Positions 60,139 to 64,000 of a stretch of 64,000 nucleotides of DNA are shown one piece after another; the first letter of the stretch is position 1; the number at the start of each line of letters is the position of its first letter. Below the pieces are notes generated by a model. That model saw only the letters and a program-made list of their open reading frames with translations. It was not told the origin of the DNA and did no database searches. A program made the translations under genes and the position numbers. This stretch comes from Anthoceros angustus (taxonomy: Eukaryota > Plantae > Anthocerotophyta), in contig MU008179.1 in NCBI GenBank assembly GCA_010909165.1, positions 124,001 to 188,000 on the forward strand, read 5' to 3'.

Positions 60139-62344
60139 AACACCATAATTCTGTAAGGAGGTTAATATACGAACCCCTTTCTTTTAGTTGTGAACCCCCT
60201 TGACGAAATCGACACAGTCCTTAAAAGAGGGTTTTAGCCCATTGTTCAAAATGACATTACCCTTGTTGTTCCGTCCACAAGCGGAAAGTCTGCATTCTTT
60301 CCATTGACATGATAGAGAACTGTCTAGGCGGCCCAGCCCTCCGTGATGTGTTCGTGGACACCATTCAATAAATTCGGATCAAAACTACATGGTTCTACTT
60401 TGGAAAGAAACAAAACCAAGGTTGTGTGTGAACGCCAACATGGCGGCGTCCACATCGGACAAAATGGTAAACTTTAAAACAAGCATATGCGCTACGCCGG
60501 AATGGTCCCTCATGAGGACCAATCAGAACTCATCCGGCCTTGAGCCTTGACAGATGTATGACCACTTCTAAGTTCCACATGTGCTCCACTTCGGGTCATC
60601 AAAACCGTCGTTCTTGCCCATGGACTTGGTGTCTTCATTCTCCCCAACCACCTTGTCAAGCACTTGCGTAGCGTCCGTGATTGTGGTCGTAATCTATGCA
60701 TCATTCCTTTGCCGTTTTGGTTTACGAGGACGTTTTCGCCTGCCCGGGTTTTGGCTTTCACGGGTTTGAATCACTGCCTTCATCAAACAAGTAACTCATT
60801 CTCTCAACCGTTTGAATGTATGTTTCAAATTGAATGAGCAAAAATATGATATCTTTCACATCTTTAATCACAATGTACAACCTTGGTCGATCGCAAAGAT
60901 GGTGTCCAAGACTGAAACACATGCCTAGGAGCTATGACCTCCACAATATACTGGTCGCGGCCTCCAATGAGCTTGATAAAACGGAAGAAACTTAAGTGAG
61001 CCATAGCTCTCTTCACCATTTTGATTCCTTCATAATTTGCGACCATTAATATATCGTTATATATAATTTCAAACTCACGATCAACGATTGACAAATATTT
61101 CCCATGATTTTGGGTTTAAAACTACAAATTCTTAACTATGCTGGCCAAAATAAAGACATGTGAGTCAATGCCCACTTAGCTTTTCTATCAAACAAGATAA
61201 TCCGAATTGATAGCAGATGGGCGCATGGGCGCGGGCATGCCATTGCTCTTAAAATCAACGAAGTTGGTTTACTATAAACACTGTAGGGGTTGAACCCACA
61301 ATCTCCTTACTTTGAAGTAACTCCCCAACCACTCAAACAACTATGCCAACCTATGAAACTCATTGAACTGCTACTTATTTATTTTATCTATGAGAGCCAA
61401 AGGAGGATATGCATGGGGAGGGCGCCGGCCGGCCGGCGCCTTTGGGGAGGCCGTGCATGGGGAGGGCGCCGGCTGGCCAGCGGCCATGGGCATGACGTGT
61501 TGGGGAAGGGCGCCGGTCGGCCGGCGCCCATGGGCAGGGCGTGCATGGGAAGGGCGCCGGTCGGCCGGCGCCCATGGGCAGGGCGTGCATGGGAAGGGCG
61601 CCGGTCGGCCGGCGTCCATGGGCAGGGCGTGCAAGGGAAGGGCGCCGGTCGGCTAGCGTCCTCTTTATGGATGCGTATTTTGAAACTCTTCTCTCATGCC
61701 ACGGTTGCACCCATTTTCTAAAAAACCTATGAACCTATTTTCATTCATTCATTCGTACTATACTATGTGCAGCTTTGTTCTCAAAGAATATATGGGCATG
61801 TTCAAGTACCCGCCAAAACGTGGAGCATAGCATTACTTTGAGACTATTGTGTAAAGAGACGCGATGTTGCCCGCGAATAAGGAGTCGGTCTACAAGTTAG
61901 GTCCCAAGACATCGGTCGGCCGACATCTTGTGACTCAAATTGTCAAGAATGAGGGTCTTCTCAGGAGTTGAGGACCCTCAAAATCCAATGGTCATGATTG
62001 TTCTCAAAGTCTTGTGTGAAACCCGAAGGTGGAGGCTATTCTTACCATGATTAGTCATAGATTTGTCGAGAATGCTCATAATTTTACAACCAAGACTAAT
62101 GGTCCTCATACATGGGCGTTAACTAGGCCTAAACTCGAAGGACAATCTATGGTTCCATACCCTTTGCTTGATGATATGGACATGAATGTTATGCTCAGCG
62201 CAAGTATCCACCCTTTTTCTAAGGCCTTTTTCGGACCAAGTGCCAGAAAACCCTCATTCAAGACCCATTGGAAACCCCCTTAGGCGTATAAAAGACAAAA
62301 AACCCCCATAGTGTATATTAACCTCCTTACAGAATTATGGTGTT
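60139..62344. mobile_element. Non-autonomous TIR DNA element, 32-bp perfect terminal inverted repeats
   Basis: AACACCATAATTCTGTAAGGAGGTTAATATAC at 60139-60170 and its reverse complement at 62313-62344; CACC on both outer flanks (60135-60138, 62345-62348). Confidence 0.8.
61408..61660. repeat. 44-bp GC-rich tandem repeat (~6 units) with internal hairpin
   Basis: GGGCAGGGCGTGCATGGGAAGGGCGCCGGTCGGCCGGCGCCCAT at 61532, 61576 and 61620, plus diverged 5' units. Confidence 0.92.
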
Positions 62345-62563
62345 CACCCAAAACCATGTTTTCCTGATTTCATTAAAAAAAAAAACCCCCTAAACCTAGG
62401 AGCAAATCATAGAGGAATCTGTTTTCCCGTATTTGTATGTCCTCATCTCATATTAGTTTGGCTAACCAGCGGGGTACATTGCCTATAAACGCAGATTTGA
62501 AAATCGTGGCAACTTGTATGGACAACAAAATGCAAACGCGCAATGGAAAGTCCACATGTGTTG

Positions 62564-63311
62564 AGTCGGTGTCCACCGTCATGGTCACCCCTCTACATTA
62601 GTGGGGAGGGTCGTGGTGGCACCGGACGTCCTGTGCATAAACCTTGCATCTCCGCCCAATGTCGGCGCGGGAGTGGAGGAAGATTTCGGACTGCCTTCCG
62701 CTCATGTGTACACCCGCGAGCCGCGACCCCGTCTGCGAATCGTTTGGAAGTGGCTTGCCACTGCCTCGGAATATTTGCATGCGATGGAGACCCCACCTCT
62801 CGACCACATCAAACGAGAATTCCACATGGGCGATGGAAATTGGAAGTTGACACCGGTGGCAATCACAACATGGGCGGGTTCCTTTCAAGCACGCTGGAGT
62901 GATCCCGCCCCGCTTCATTGCTTGGTCCTTAAGGAATTTCGGTTGAGGCGGAGTCGGTGTCCACCGTCATGGTCACCCTCTACATTAGTGGGGAGGTCGT
63001 GGTGGCCGTTACGTGCATAAACCTTGCATCTCACCCAATGTCGGCGGGAGTGGAGGAAGATTTCGGACGCCTTCTCATGTATACACATGCACCGGACCCC
63101 GTCTGAATCGTTTGGAAGTGGCTTGCCACCGCCTCGAATATTTGCATGCGATGGAGACCTCACCTCCGACGGTGACTCGAAGCGAGAATTCCACATGGGC
63201 GATGGAAATTGGAAGTTGCGCGGTGGCAATCACAACATGGGCGGGTTCCTTTCAATCACGCTGGAGTGATCCGGCTTCATTGCTTGGTCCTTAAGGAATT
63301 TGGTTGAGGCG
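62564..63311. repeat. Tandem duplication of a ~360-390-bp unit
   Basis: GAGTCGGTGTCCACCGTCATGGTCACCC at ~62564 and ~62951; both units end CCTTAAGGAATTT(C)GGTTGAGGCGG. Confidence 0.9.
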
Positions 63312-64000
63312 GGGGCTGGCGGTGCAAACTCGCGATACATCGCGGTAACGTGTTGATCAACACCGGATTCCACTCGGGGTTGGGCGGTGTGAATGGTGTG
63401 GAGGGCAAAGGAGCACCGACATGTCCAGTGTACTTACCGTGGTCAAGGATAAAATTGGAGAAAGTCATATTGCTACATGTGTACCGAGGCGTGTTAGTGC
63501 TATGTGAAAGCGATTGAACATCGTGTTTGTTGGATTGTCACATGACATCCATTGTCATCTTCAGACGCTTTTATCTCGTGGGTTTACAACATACATAGTC
63601 TTCTAGGTGGAGATTAGGAAAGCTTTGGCGATTGTATTGATCCGCCTGCACGAATGGACGCGCTTCTTTGAAATCGGTCCGTTGTTTCTGTGAAATCCAT
63701 ACCTTGCTGCGCAAAGACCCATGATCTCGCTCATCAAATACCCACAATCACCGAACACATTCTCGAATCACCACTCCCATGCTTCCTAGCTTGCGTGCTC
63801 CACCAAAGACCGTGTTCGTTGTCTAGGTCTCGCTGGACCTTGCCGCTGATGTGTTTGTTGTGTTCATAGCTTGCATGCACGTTCTGCAGATACCACACCG
63901 TCCGGTGCTTAAGACCACACCGGTCCTCCTACCGTAATCCTCGAAACAAACACGTAGCCTATCCACCGTCCGCACGACACCTCGATCCGTGAAGCAAAGT

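Noticed and set aside
63650-63900. Third ParB-MTase family member
   Set aside because: Only vague pattern similarity; none of the diagnostic FKEH, DLPRG or QKP motifs are present in the window.

Overview
Eukaryotic plant nuclear DNA. Short GT-AG introns, PLS-type PPR relics and high gene density suggest a compact non-seed-plant genome, hornwort-like (inference only). The window has three zones. (1) 1-24 kb is a repeat island: a young, internally rearranged Ty1/copia element; an intron-containing Crypton/DUF3504-type tyrosine recombinase (YR) gene; two strongly diverged bacterial-type beta-class DNA amino-methyltransferase (N6A/N4C-like) genes sharing an unusual DLPRG motif IV; several tandem arrays; and non-LTR fragments. 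(2) 24.9-55.2 kb is a clean block of conserved genes: BEACH group C, F-box/SNF2 helicase, SRT2, a peroxidase fragment, a signal-peptide LEA ending KEEL, RPL10a and SUFE1. (3) 55.4-64 kb holds a PPR relic, a truncated copia, a 2.2-kb TIR element and a local duplication. The best candidate for an undescribed system is a large YR-mobilised element carrying DNA-methyltransferase cargo (~6.5-19.6 kb), with a second MTase family member at 21.4-22.9 kb. All repeat-zone proteins were rebuilt by hand across frameshifts, many of which may be consensus errors. Physical linkage of YR and MTase in one element is a hypothesis; no database search was run.
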